Positions 1 to 9,239 of a stretch of 64,000 nucleotides of DNA are shown piece after piece. The DNA is taken from the IMG/VR virus record IMGVR_UViG_3300025137_000018, positions 32,001-96,000 of that record; one strand, given 5' to 3'. Position 1 is the first letter of the stretch, and every line of letters starts with the position of its first letter. This stretch comes from a virus. The notes under the pieces were generated by a model, which saw nothing but the letters and a program-made list of their open reading frames with translations, searched no databases and was not told the DNA's origin. Made by a program: the position numbers and the translations under genes.

Positions 1-156
1 TTTGAAGGTCAAGAAATGGAAGCTATTGGCGGTCTTAGAAATAGAACTGTCGCATTCCTAAATCAAGCATCTGAAGCCCAAGGCAAAGAAGCTCCGGAAG
101 GAATGGTTCCAGAAGCAGATCCAGAAATGGTAACTGCTGAAGAAGTAGCAGAATAG
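1..156 (+). CDS. 3' end of an acidic hypothetical protein (partial)
   Basis: Frame 1 is open from base 1 (FEGQEMEAIGGLRNRTVAFL...EEVAE) to TAG at 154-156. Confidence 0.7.
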   Translation, partial: FEGQEMEAIGGLRNRTVAFLNQASEAQGKEAPEGMVPEADPEMVTAEEVAE

Positions 157-173
157 TTGAAAGATTAGCCTAT

Positions 174-200
174 TGCGGAGGTGGCTCCTCCGTATTTTAT
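174..200 (+). terminator. Probable intrinsic terminator
   Basis: GCGGAGG-tggct-CCTCCGT stem followed by ATTTTATT. Confidence 0.6.
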
Positions 201-224
201 TAATTTTATTATGAAGGATTTATT

Positions 225-482
225 ATGGATCGCAATGAAAAAGCACGCTTAATCGAAGCACTAAAACGAGGTTCTGTTACAGTAACCTTTCAAAAAATTG
301 ACTCAGACGAAATTAGAGTCATGCCATGTACTCTCAACCCCACAGTTCTAAAAGCTAATGGAATTCAATCTGTTATCGAAAACATCGATCCTAACACAGA
401 TCACATCGCTGCTTGGTCTCTCGACAAAGACGCATGGAGATCGTTTAGATTGGATACTGTCCTTGGTTGGGAGGTACTATGA
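225..482 (+). CDS. Small SH3/WYL-like beta-barrel protein
   Basis: VTVTFQK..R.M.CTL...WSLDKDAWRSFR pattern typical of T4-like small SH3-fold proteins; GGA RBS. Confidence 0.6.
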   Translation: MDRNEKARLIEALKRGSVTVTFQKIDSDEIRVMPCTLNPTVLKANGIQSVIENIDPNTDHIAAWSLDKDAWRSFRLDTVLGWEVL

Positions 483-1417
483 TGCAAGAATTTCTTTGGG
501 TAGAGAAATATCGTCCACAAACAATTAGTGATACAATTTTACCAAATTCAATTAAGAAAACTTTTGAAGATATTGTTAAAGGGGGTGACTTACACAATAT
601 GCTTCTTACCGGCTCAGCCGGCCTTGGTAAAACTACAGTCGCTAAAGCATTGTGTAACGAGTTGTCATTAGATTTTATTATAATTAATGGCTCCGAAGAG
701 GGTAACATTGATACTCTCAGAGGTAAAATCAAGCAGTTTGCTTCATCGGTATCATTACAGGGTGGCTATAAAGTAGTTATCCTTGATGAAGCAGACTACT
801 TGAACCCACAATCAACACAACCAGCTTTGCGTGGATTCATAGAAGAATTCTCAGGAAACTGTAGGTTTATATTAACATGCAATTTCAAAAACAGGATTAT
901 TGATCCACTTCATTCTCGATGTACAACCATTGAGTTTAATGTACCTAAAAAATCAATGCCAAAACTCTGTGATCAATTTCTTAATCGCTGTGAATATATT
1001 CTAAAACAAGAAAATATTACTTACGATCGTAACGTTGTTGCAGAACTTATTATTAAACATATGCCCGACTGGCGTAAAGTTTTAAATGAGTTACAGCGAT
1101 ATAGTACCAGTGGAACAATTGATACTGGAATACTTGTAACGCTTTCTGATGTATCTATTAGTGATTTAATGGAACATCTAAAACTTAAAAACTTTAAACT
1201 TATGCGACAATGGGTTGCAGACAATATTGACACAGAACCAGCTTCACTCTTTCGTAAAGTTTACGATAACATGAATGAATATGTTGATCCTCAAAGTATA
1301 CCGCAACTGGTACTTATTTTGGCCGATTACCAATACAAGAATTCATTTGTTGCTGATCACGAGTTAAATATGGTTGCATGTTTAACTGAAATAATGGCTG
1401 GAGTAAAATTCAAATGA
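479..1417 (+). CDS. 44: Clamp loader AAA+ subunit gp44
   Basis: LWVEKYRP, Walker A GSAGLGKT, DEAD, SRC motifs; GGAGG RBS before ATG 479. Confidence 0.97.
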   Translation: MMQEFLWVEKYRPQTISDTILPNSIKKTFEDIVKGGDLHNMLLTGSAGLGKTTVAKALCNELSLDFIIINGSEEGNIDTLRGKIKQFASSVSLQGGYKVVILDEADYLNPQSTQPALRGFIEEFSGNCRFILTCNFKNRIIDPLHSRCTTIEFNVPKKSMPKLCDQFLNRCEYILKQENITYDRNVVAELIIKHMPDWRKVLNELQRYSTSGTIDTGILVTLSDVSISDLMEHLKLKNFKLMRQWVADNIDTEPASLFRKVYDNMNEYVDPQSIPQLVLILADYQYKNSFVADHELNMVACLTEIMAGVKFK

Positions 1418-1809
1418 TTAAACCAAATTTATTTAGAAGATCTACAATGTGGATCGTAGATAGCTGGAGAAACGTAATGGATGTTAGATATAATCCCTTA
1501 AAGTATGTTCCAGACCCAAGCTTACAAGCATATTTTATGTTAGTACTATTTGTAATGTGGAGTGCATTCTTTGGCTTAATAGCTATATACTATATAGGAT
1601 TTATTAACTATAGCATTGTTGCAAGTATTTTAGTTCATGCCGCAATATTAATACCAATCGTAATAACTAATGCAATCTTTGTAGATGCCGAAAGAGATGG
1701 ACATGCATGGTTAGCTGAATGGCGAGAAGAACAATCAGTTTACAAAATATTTCTAAGTAGAACTTCTAAGGGAGTTAGAATACTTTGGGATATTGACAAG
1801 GAAGCATAA
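1414..1809 (+). CDS. Hypothetical membrane protein (2 TM)
   Basis: Two hydrophobic stretches; overlaps flanking genes (ATGA / TAATG). Confidence 0.75.
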   Translation: MIKPNLFRRSTMWIVDSWRNVMDVRYNPLKYVPDPSLQAYFMLVLFVMWSAFFGLIAIYYIGFINYSIVASILVHAAILIPIVITNAIFVDAERDGHAWLAEWREEQSVYKIFLSRTSKGVRILWDIDKEA

Positions 1810-2192
1810 TGAGTAATCCCTTTGATTATCTAAAAGCAATTAATAATTCTAAAAAGAATATTATCGTAGACGACTTATCTGAAAACGAGTATAATGCCTT
1901 TATGGTAAATAGAGGTTTATCATTTTTTCCTGATACTGTTCTTATGGCTAATGAAATGAATATATCACATCATTTAGATAGCAAGCTTCAATTCGATTTT
2001 CTTATAAATATTATTAAGAAAAAGAGTAGATTTACTAAATGGTCTAAGAAGACTGACATAGCAAATCTTGAAGTAATTAAACAATATTATGGATATAGCA
2101 ATGAAAAAGCTAGATCTGTTTTATCATTATTCAGCAATGACGAAATTGCTGATTTGAATCAAAGGATTAGTAAAGGTGGAAGAACTAAATAA
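1809..2192 (+). CDS. 62: Clamp loader small subunit gp62
   Basis: NPFDYLKAIN, NRGLS, YYGYSNEKA; synteny with gp44 and regA. Confidence 0.93.
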   Translation: MSNPFDYLKAINNSKKNIIVDDLSENEYNAFMVNRGLSFFPDTVLMANEMNISHHLDSKLQFDFLINIIKKKSRFTKWSKKTDIANLEVIKQYYGYSNEKARSVLSLFSNDEIADLNQRISKGGRTK

Positions 2193-2598
2193 CAGCCCAA
2201 TACAAGATTGGACACCTGGTTCGATGCTAGAAGTATCACTCAATGAACCAGACGATTTTCTAAAAGTAAGAGAAACATTAACCAGAATTGGAGTGGCTTC
2301 TCGCAAAGAAAGTAAACTATATCAATCGTGTCATATTCTGCATAAGCAGGGTAGATACTTTATTGTACATTTTAAAGAATTATTTCTATTAGATGGAAAA
2401 CCATCCAATCTATTAGAAAACGATGTTCAGCGACGCAACACAATTGCAACGCTGTTATCAGATTGGGGGTTGGTCTCTATGATTGAACCTAATCTGTTTA
2501 AGGACGTAGCACCTTTGAGACAAATCAAAGTGATACCACACAAAGATAAAGCTCTTTGGGAATTATGTCCAAAATATAACATAGGAAACACAAACTAA
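2176..2598 (+). CDS. regA: Translational repressor RegA
   Basis: DDFLKVRETLTRIG, LYQSCHILHKQG.YFIVHFKELF signature. Confidence 0.96.
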   Translation: MEELNNSPIQDWTPGSMLEVSLNEPDDFLKVRETLTRIGVASRKESKLYQSCHILHKQGRYFIVHFKELFLLDGKPSNLLENDVQRRNTIATLLSDWGLVSMIEPNLFKDVAPLRQIKVIPHKDKALWELCPKYNIGNTN

Positions 2599-2610
2599 CT
2601 TCCTAAGTTG

Positions 2611-2618
2611 TATAAATA
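2611..2618 (+). promoter_or_regulatory. T4-type late promoter (gp55)
   Basis: Intergenic TATAAATA upstream of hsp20. Confidence 0.75.
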
Positions 2619-2679
2619 AACGTGGATGCCGAATAATCGGGTCCATATATTAATCTTGCTTTAAATAGGAGAAACTAAA

Positions 2680-3135
2680 ATGGTAAGAAATGCAATGAAC
2701 GTGCCGCGTTCCCTCTTTATTGGATTTGATCCAATATTAAACGAACTTGAAAGAATCCACCAAGCTGGAAGATCTCAAGATAATTACCCTCCACACAACG
2801 TTGTGAAAATCGATGACGATAATTTCAATATCGAACTTGCAGTTGCTGGATTTTCTAATGATGATATTTCATTAGAAGTAAAGGACGGTATTCTTTTAAT
2901 AAAAGGTCAACATAATGAAGACGATGAACGTGAATATGCACATAAAGGTATATCATCCCGCAAATTTGAGAAGTCCTTCCGACTCTCAGAATTTGTCGTA
3001 ATAGACGGGGCTAATCTAGTGAACGGAATACTTGTGGTTAACGCCAGAGTTGAGGTTCCAGAAGAGAGGCGTCCTAGGAAGATCGAAATCGGGTCTGCTG
3101 GGGCATCAAAGAAGAAGGAATTTATTCAAGAATAG
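2680..3135 (+). CDS. hsp20: Small heat shock protein Hsp20/IbpA-like
   Basis: NYPPHNV, IELAVAGF, HKGISSRKF, NGIL motifs. Confidence 0.95.
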   Translation: MVRNAMNVPRSLFIGFDPILNELERIHQAGRSQDNYPPHNVVKIDDDNFNIELAVAGFSNDDISLEVKDGILLIKGQHNEDDEREYAHKGISSRKFEKSFRLSEFVVIDGANLVNGILVVNARVEVPEERRPRKIEIGSAGASKKKEFIQE

Positions 3136-3192
3136 ATTCCGGTGAGCAGCGAAAACTCAGTGGATTGTTTAACAATTTACTGGAGTCAAATC

Positions 3193-3312
3193 ATGGGTTA
3201 CATACGTAAACACAAGGATGGCATTAGGACTGGATTCGAATTAGTGTTAATCATGGCTGGGATATTTGCAGTATCACCAATCATAATTTATCTGCAATTG
3301 AATTCATATTAA
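3193..3312 (+). CDS. Small membrane peptide, 39 aa (not in ORF track)
   Basis: GGAG RBS, ATG 3193, MGYIRKHKDGIRTGFELVLIMAGIFAVSPIIIYLQLNSY, followed by a terminator. Confidence 0.6.
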   Translation: MGYIRKHKDGIRTGFELVLIMAGIFAVSPIIIYLQLNSY

Positions 3313-3323
3313 TGACTAAGCTT

Positions 3324-3354
3324 AGTCGGGGGAGTCATCTCCCCCTACTTTTTT
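3324..3354 (+). terminator. Intrinsic terminator
   Basis: GGGGGAG-tcat-CTCCCCC stem plus T run. Confidence 0.85.
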
Positions 3355-3365
3355 CATTTTACATG

Positions 3366-3394
3366 TGTACATATGCAGTAAAGTATGGTATAAT
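3366..3394 (+). promoter_or_regulatory. Sigma70-type promoter for gp43
   Basis: TGTACA-N17-TATAAT with TG extended -10. Confidence 0.85.
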
Positions 3395-3419
3395 AGACTA
3401 TATTATCAAAGGTGAATGA

Positions 3420-5933
3420 ATGAATTTTTATACTAATGTCGGCCGATATGGCAATATGCTACTCTATCGTGGTATCGAAAACGGTAATCGAGTAAGCAGA
3501 AAAGTAAAATACAAACCAACCTTGTACGTCGCTACAAGTAAACCTACAGATTGGACAGCATTGGATGGAACACCAGTTGCACCAGTCACACAATTCGAAT
3601 CTATGCGTGATGCTAAAGATTGGATTGGTTTAAACAAAGAAGTTTCAGGCAGAAAAATATACGGAAACAACCGTTATATTTCTACGTTTATAAACGAAAA
3701 GTTTCCAGGAGATATTAAATTTGATCGTAACGCAATTAACGTTACTACAATCGATATCGAAGTCGCATCAGATGACGGGTTTCCTGAACCAGATGTAGCC
3801 TCAAAAGAAGTTACTGCTATCTGTATTAAAAACAATATTGACAATACTTATTACGTGTGGGCATTAAGAGATTACGATGTAAATCAATCTATTATGCAAA
3901 CAAATCGTGTCGTGTATAAAAAATGCGATACTGAAGGTCAACTACTTCTAGACTTTATAACACATTGGTCATCACCAACACATTGCCCAGATGTTGTTAC
4001 TGGTTGGAACTCAAGATTCTTTGATATTCCATACCTTGTAAACAGAATTAATAATTTACTAGGTTCTGACTGGGTTAAAAAGTTATCACCTTGGGGATTA
4101 ATTGATTCACGTGATGTTACTATTATGGCTCGTAAGCAAACTGCATACGAAATTGCTGGTATATCTCAACTTGATTATATGGAACTATTTAAGAAGTTCG
4201 GTTACTCATACGGTGCACAAGAATCCTATTCACTTAATCATATATCACATGTTGTTCTAGGCGAGAAGAAACTTTCTTACGAAGAACACTCAAGTTTATT
4301 TAGTTTATACTTAAACGATCATCAAAAGTTTATTGATTACAATATTAAAGATGTTGAATTAGTCGATAGGATCGAAGATAAACTTGGTCTTATTACACTA
4401 GCTCTAACTATGGCTTATCGCGGTGGTGTTAACTATGGTGATACATTTGGAACTACAGCGATATGGGATTCTATTATTTACAGGGATCTTTCAACTCAGA
4501 AAATTGCAGTTCCATTTCAAGAAGATAAAGTAAAAACACCGTATCCTGGAGGATATGTTAAAGATCCACAAGTTGGAATACATGATTGGGTAGTATCATT
4601 TGATTTAAATTCACTATATCCATCGTTAATTATGCAATACAATATGTCACCAGAAACAATAGCCTCTGGTGAATTATCTGATTATGATGTTGACAGTATT
4701 CTTAAAAGCAATACAATTGTAGATAACAGAGGAAAGGCTGTAAGTGCAAATGGCCAATATTTTAATATCGATAAAAAGGGCATCTTGCCTAAAATCATTG
4801 AACAGATGTATGGAGAACGTGTTCAAATTAAAAAGGCTATGATTAAAGCACAAAAAGAATTACAGAAGGTAGATAAAAATGATAAACAAGAAGTATACAG
4901 AATTGAAAGGGATATTGCAATCAACGAAAACAGGCAAATGTCTATTAAAATTCTCCTTAATTCTCTTTATGGTGCTCTTGGCAACAAGTACTTCAGATTT
5001 TTCGATCAACGAATTGCCGAAGGAATTACACTCTCCGGACAACTTACAATACGATGGGCTGAAGAAGCTATCAATACATATCTCAATAAAGTGCTCAAAA
5101 CGAAAAAAGATTACGTCTTGGCCATCGACACCGATTCGGTGTATGTATGCTTAAACGACCTAGTTAAAGCGGTTAACCCTAGTAATCCTATTGATTTTCT
5201 AGACACAGTCTGTAGAGAAAAGCTAGAACCTGTTCTTGAAGAAGCATATAAAAAGTTATATAGTATCATGGGTGGTATCGAAAACAAAATGGTCATGGGA
5301 CGAGAAGTAATTGCTGATCGTGGTCTTTGGACAGCAAAGAAAAGATATATTCTTAATGTGCATGATAATGAAGGTGTACGATATGCAGAGCCTAAACTTA
5401 AAATTATGGGCATTGAAGCTATTAAATCTTCTACACCAGCACCATGTCGAGAAGCACTAAAAGAAATATTTAAAGTTATTATGCATTCATCTGAATCTGA
5501 TGTACAAAAATCTATTGAGCATTTCAGACAATACTTCAGAACACTAGAACCAAACAATATTGCGTTCCCTAGGGGAATAACCAATCTTACATCGTTTCAA
5601 GACAGAAACACAATTTACAAAAAAGGCACTCCAATACATGCTCGTGGCGGAATACTTTACAACAAATTAATCGATGATCTATCGCTAGGTAAGCGATATA
5701 ACAAAATCAATAATGGCGAAAAGATTAAATTCATTTATCTTAGAACGCCTAATCCTATAAAGGAAAATGTTATATCATTCCTAGATTATCTTCCAACGGA
5801 GTTTGGATTGAATAAATATATTGATCACGAAACCCAATTTCAAAAAACTTTCCTAGATCCTATCGAACCAATACTCGATGCGATTGGTTGGTCTTCAAAA
5901 GAGGTATCTACGCTAGATGAGTTTTTTGGATAA
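3420..5933 (+). CDS. 43: Family B DNA polymerase gp43
   Basis: DIEV exonuclease, SFDLNSLYPS, KILLNSLYG, DTDS motifs; C-terminal TLDEFFG clamp-binding tail. Confidence 0.98.
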   Translation: MNFYTNVGRYGNMLLYRGIENGNRVSRKVKYKPTLYVATSKPTDWTALDGTPVAPVTQFESMRDAKDWIGLNKEVSGRKIYGNNRYISTFINEKFPGDIKFDRNAINVTTIDIEVASDDGFPEPDVASKEVTAICIKNNIDNTYYVWALRDYDVNQSIMQTNRVVYKKCDTEGQLLLDFITHWSSPTHCPDVVTGWNSRFFDIPYLVNRINNLLGSDWVKKLSPWGLIDSRDVTIMARKQTAYEIAGISQLDYMELFKKFGYSYGAQESYSLNHISHVVLGEKKLSYEEHSSLFSLYLNDHQKFIDYNIKDVELVDRIEDKLGLITLALTMAYRGGVNYGDTFGTTAIWDSIIYRDLSTQKIAVPFQEDKVKTPYPGGYVKDPQVGIHDWVVSFDLNSLYPSLIMQYNMSPETIASGELSDYDVDSILKSNTIVDNRGKAVSANGQYFNIDKKGILPKIIEQMYGERVQIKKAMIKAQKELQKVDKNDKQEVYRIERDIAINENRQMSIKILLNSLYGALGNKYFRFFDQRIAEGITLSGQLTIRWAEEAINTYLNKVLKTKKDYVLAIDTDSVYVCLNDLVKAVNPSNPIDFLDTVCREKLEPVLEEAYKKLYSIMGGIENKMVMGREVIADRGLWTAKKRYILNVHDNEGVRYAEPKLKIMGIEAIKSSTPAPCREALKEIFKVIMHSSESDVQKSIEHFRQYFRTLEPNNIAFPRGITNLTSFQDRNTIYKKGTPIHARGGILYNKLIDDLSLGKRYNKINNGEKIKFIYLRTPNPIKENVISFLDYLPTEFGLNKYIDHETQFQKTFLDPIEPILDAIGWSSKEVSTLDEFFG

Positions 5934-5937
5934 ACAC

Positions 5938-5966
5938 TGTACATTTAATATAAAATATGGTATAAT
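5938..5966 (+). promoter_or_regulatory. Sigma70-type promoter
   Basis: TGTACA-N17-TATAAT, extended -10. Confidence 0.85.
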
Positions 5967-5986
5967 AGTACCAAAGGAAAATACTT

Positions 5987-6283
5987 ATGAAAGATGAATA
6001 TAAATTAGTACGACTATCTTCTGGTGAAGAAGTGGTCGGTAAAGTTACACAAAATGAAGAATCAATTACCATTACAGATGGTTATTCTTTGATTCCAGCA
6101 GGTGAAGGTAAAATTGGCTTCATGCCATTTATGGCTTATACAAAAGCAGCAGAAGGTATTACTATTCCAAATAGTTTTATTCTATTTACTGTTGATCCAA
6201 TAGATGAACTAGTAGATCAAGTTAAAGCTATGAGCAGTCCAATTCAAGTGCCAGAAAAGCAAGGAATTATTACAAATGTCTAA
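5987..6283 (+). CDS. Conserved T4-like hypothetical protein (Sm-like fold)
   Basis: KLVRLSSGEEVVG N-terminus, common in T4-like phages; RBS. Confidence 0.7.
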   Translation: MKDEYKLVRLSSGEEVVGKVTQNEESITITDGYSLIPAGEGKIGFMPFMAYTKAAEGITIPNSFILFTVDPIDELVDQVKAMSSPIQVPEKQGIITNV

Positions 6284-6677
6284 GAATTGGGTAGAAGATA
6301 TTCATTTAATGCAAAGCAAATATCTTACTAGACAATGGGTTGAAAATAATCCTGAGAAACTAAAAAAGTTTCTTGAGTTTAGAGTTGAGTTTTTAAAAGA
6401 AGAACTAATGGAAACAAAAGCTGCGGTTACTAATAATGATCCAGAAGAAATAGTAGATGGTTTAATTGATCTATGTGTTGTTGCTATTGGTACACTTGAT
6501 GCATTTGGTGTTAATCCCTATAAAGCTTGGGATGCTGTACTAGAAGCTAATATGAACAAAGAAGTAGGACAAAAGCCAACTAGGCCAAATCCACTAGGAG
6601 TTCCAGACCTAATTAAACCTGAAGGTTGGACCGCTCCATCACACGCAGAGAATCATGGTAAGTTTAACGATATTTAA
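6276..6677 (+). CDS. MazG-like nucleotide pyrophosphohydrolase
   Basis: EELME...EIVDGLIDL, ANMNK, DLIKPEGW motifs. Confidence 0.85.
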   Translation: MSKNWVEDIHLMQSKYLTRQWVENNPEKLKKFLEFRVEFLKEELMETKAAVTNNDPEEIVDGLIDLCVVAIGTLDAFGVNPYKAWDAVLEANMNKEVGQKPTRPNPLGVPDLIKPEGWTAPSHAENHGKFNDI

Positions 6678-7572
6678 CAGTATATACGATAACAAAACTG
6701 ATAAAAGCATTACATATAAATCATTTGATGATTTTGAAAAAATATTGTATCAGTTATCGGAAAGTACTAAATATCCAACTAAAAAATCAGCACCATTAAT
6801 ATCTCCAGCAACTTATGTACCGGAGACAACTCGTGCAAACGATAATGTTCTTAGTTGGGGTGGTTTTGGAATCGTAGATGTAGATGATTATATTGGAAGT
6901 ATCGATGATATTTCTGAGGTGTATAGCGAATACAAATACGTATGTTATTCCACTGCTAGCTCGACTGAAGAACACCCTAAGTTTCGTTTAGTATTTCCAC
7001 TAACAAGAGCTATAAATAAAGATGAAATCAAACATTTTTGGTACGCATTAAATAAAGAGATAGGAGATATCGCAGATGCCCAAACAAAAGACCTCAGCAG
7101 AATGTATTACGTCCCAGCCAAATATAAAGGATCTTACAATTTCATATTCTCACACGATGGATCTACCATGGACCCCGCAAAACTTATGGAAAAACACAGA
7201 TACGTCGTACCAAATGAATCGTTTTTCGATAAGTTACCAGAAGCTATTAAAAAAGGTCTTATACAACATCGACAAGCAAAACTCGATAACACTAACTTTT
7301 CATGGACAGGATATCAAGACTGCCCTTTTATAAACAAAAAACAAATTGAAGAATACAAAACTTTATCAGGTGCTGGCTGGTATTACAAACTATATCAGAT
7401 AATGGTTTCAATAGCAGGTAATGCAATGTCTAAGGGTTATCCAATAACATCTAAAGAAATTGAATATATCATTAGAGATCTCGATGCAAACACTGGAAAT
7501 TGGTACGCAAAAAGACCAATTAATAAAGAAGCTGAAAGAGCTATTGAATTTATTTTTAAAAACAATATATAG
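6655..7572 (+). CDS. AEP/PrimPol-type primase-like protein
   Basis: DVDD acidic motif, YSTASS...PKFRLVFPL, KDLSRMYYVP; no DnaG zinc ribbon or TOPRIM motifs. Confidence 0.7.
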   Translation: MVSLTIFNSIYDNKTDKSITYKSFDDFEKILYQLSESTKYPTKKSAPLISPATYVPETTRANDNVLSWGGFGIVDVDDYIGSIDDISEVYSEYKYVCYSTASSTEEHPKFRLVFPLTRAINKDEIKHFWYALNKEIGDIADAQTKDLSRMYYVPAKYKGSYNFIFSHDGSTMDPAKLMEKHRYVVPNESFFDKLPEAIKKGLIQHRQAKLDNTNFSWTGYQDCPFINKKQIEEYKTLSGAGWYYKLYQIMVSIAGNAMSKGYPITSKEIEYIIRDLDANTGNWYAKRPINKEAERAIEFIFKNNI

Positions 7573-7581
7573 GAGTATATT

Positions 7582-8142
7582 ATGGAACAACTTTTTCACA
7601 AACACATTATTAAAATAACAGGTATTATTTGTTTACCTTTATTACTAGCTTTCTTTTTTTCAAAAGTTCAAGCCGAAGATCATAACTATACATGGCATGG
7701 TCATACTATGGAATTAAACCCAGAATTACAAGATTCACAATACTGTTTGGCCAAGAACATTTATTTTGAAGCTGGTAATCAACCAGTTGCTGGTAAAATT
7801 GCAGTCGCACAAGTAGTTCAGAATAGAGTTATAAACAAAAATTATCCAAATAATATTTGTGATGTTGTATATCAAGCAAAATTAAAAGAAAATTGGAAAG
7901 GTAATCTTATTCCAGTTAGGCATATGTGCCAGTTCAGTTGGTTCTGTGACGGTAAATCAGATGATCCAGTTGATAGTGCAACTTGGATGTTTTCTTTATT
8001 AGTTGCTGATTCCGTTATGAATGGAGAGTATGGCGATATTACCGAAGGGGCAACTCACTACCATGCAGACTCAGTATATCCTTATTGGGCTGAGTCTTTA
8101 AATCAAACAGTTATAATCAACAATCACACGTTTTATAAATAG
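7582..8142 (+). CDS. SleB-like cell wall hydrolase
   Basis: CLAKNIYFEA, VAQVVQNRV, CQFSW, GATHYHA; N-terminal TM/signal. Confidence 0.92.
   Translation: MEQLFHKHIIKITGIICLPLLLAFFFSKVQAEDHNYTWHGHTMELNPELQDSQYCLAKNIYFEAGNQPVAGKIAVAQVVQNRVINKNYPNNICDVVYQAKLKENWKGNLIPVRHMCQFSWFCDGKSDDPVDSATWMFSLLVADSVMNGEYGDITEGATHYHADSVYPYWAESLNQTVIINNHTFYK
8134..8141 (+). promoter_or_regulatory. T4-type late promoter
   Basis: TATAAATA just upstream of the groES-like gene. Confidence 0.7.
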
Positions 8143-8159
8143 ATAATAGGAGAATAATT

Positions 8160-8411
8160 ATGAAAATGATTGGAACAAACGTCTTAGTAACAGAGACAGC
8201 AAAGGAAGATACTACTGCAGGTGGTATCATTTTAACAGCAGATACGACCAAAGGGTCTAAACCCGCACTAGTACTTTTAGTAGGACCAGATGTAGTTGAT
8301 GTAGCCAAAGGAGATAGAGTATATCTTGATTGGCCAAATGCTATGCCAGTAGATATAGAAGGAAAGGCCGGTGCAATAATCGATATGGAACATATCAAGG
8401 CAGTAGTATAA
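8160..8411 (+). CDS. groES: Co-chaperonin GroES-like
   Basis: TTAGGIIL mobile loop, VGPDV..V..GDRV. Confidence 0.85.
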   Translation: MKMIGTNVLVTETAKEDTTAGGIILTADTTKGSKPALVLLVGPDVVDVAKGDRVYLDWPNAMPVDIEGKAGAIIDMEHIKAVV

Positions 8412-8833
8412 TGTATACTTATAACGTAACAGTAACAAGAATAGTAGATGGAGATACAGTCGACGTAGATGTCGATTTAGGCTTCGGAATGGTTTATAAA
8501 AAGCAAAGAGTAAGAATGCTAGGTATTGATACACCTGAATCTAGAACTAGAAATCTAGAAGAAAAGTATTACGGTAAACAATCAAAGTATTTCTTAGAAA
8601 GTTTATTAAAGGATGCTGATGTAAGATTAGTATCACATGATAAAGGAAAATTTGGTAGAATTCTAGGTGAACTATTTATTTATGGAAACATGGATAAATC
8701 TGTAAATCAGATAATGATTGATAACTATCATGCAGTACCATACTTTGGTCAATCCAAAGATGATACTGAACAAGGACACTTGTGGAATAAGCAAGCTCTA
8801 AATGAACAAGGTATTATATATCAACCAAAATAA
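8411..8833 (+). CDS. Thermonuclease (SNase-like)
   Basis: RIVDGDTVD, RMLGIDTPE, GKFGRILG; ATG 8411 overlaps the groES stop. Confidence 0.9.
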   Translation: MYTYNVTVTRIVDGDTVDVDVDLGFGMVYKKQRVRMLGIDTPESRTRNLEEKYYGKQSKYFLESLLKDADVRLVSHDKGKFGRILGELFIYGNMDKSVNQIMIDNYHAVPYFGQSKDDTEQGHLWNKQALNEQGIIYQPK

Positions 8834-8845
8834 TCAAAAAAAGTG

Positions 8846-8874
8846 TGTACAATTGAATAAAACTATGGTATAAT
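8846..8874 (+). promoter_or_regulatory. Sigma70-type promoter heading the DNA-modification operon
   Basis: TGTACA-N17-TATAAT, extended -10. Confidence 0.85.
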
Positions 8875-8900
8875 AGTACTATAAACAGAAAGGTTATATT

Positions 8901-9239
8901 ATGAAAGAATCACTAAAAGTATTACAAGAATGTGCCGAACTTCAGGCCAAGAAAAGTAATGACTATCAAAATCCAAACTCCAGGATTAAACAAGCAGATT
9001 ATTACCCTCGCGGTGTAGCTTCAATCCTGGATATTATCCATGCTAAAACACTCAGAATGTTCTCAGTACTAGAAGCTATGGAATCAGATCCCAATTACAA
9101 CCCTAACTTTGAATCACTAGAAGACTCTGGTAAAGATTTAATTAACTATGCTTCGTTTATGGTTGCATATATGAGAGGTGGAATCGACGGCCAATCAGAA
9201 AACAATGACTTTTTAAATAGGAACAAAAATGAATCTTGA
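8901..9239 (+). CDS. Nucleotide-modification-associated domain protein (Nmad1/DUF1599-like)
   Basis: KKSNDY ... K.LR ... EDS..DLINYA all-alpha pattern; adjacent to the gp42-like gene. Confidence 0.65.
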   Translation: MKESLKVLQECAELQAKKSNDYQNPNSRIKQADYYPRGVASILDIIHAKTLRMFSVLEAMESDPNYNPNFESLEDSGKDLINYASFMVAYMRGGIDGQSENNDFLNRNKNES

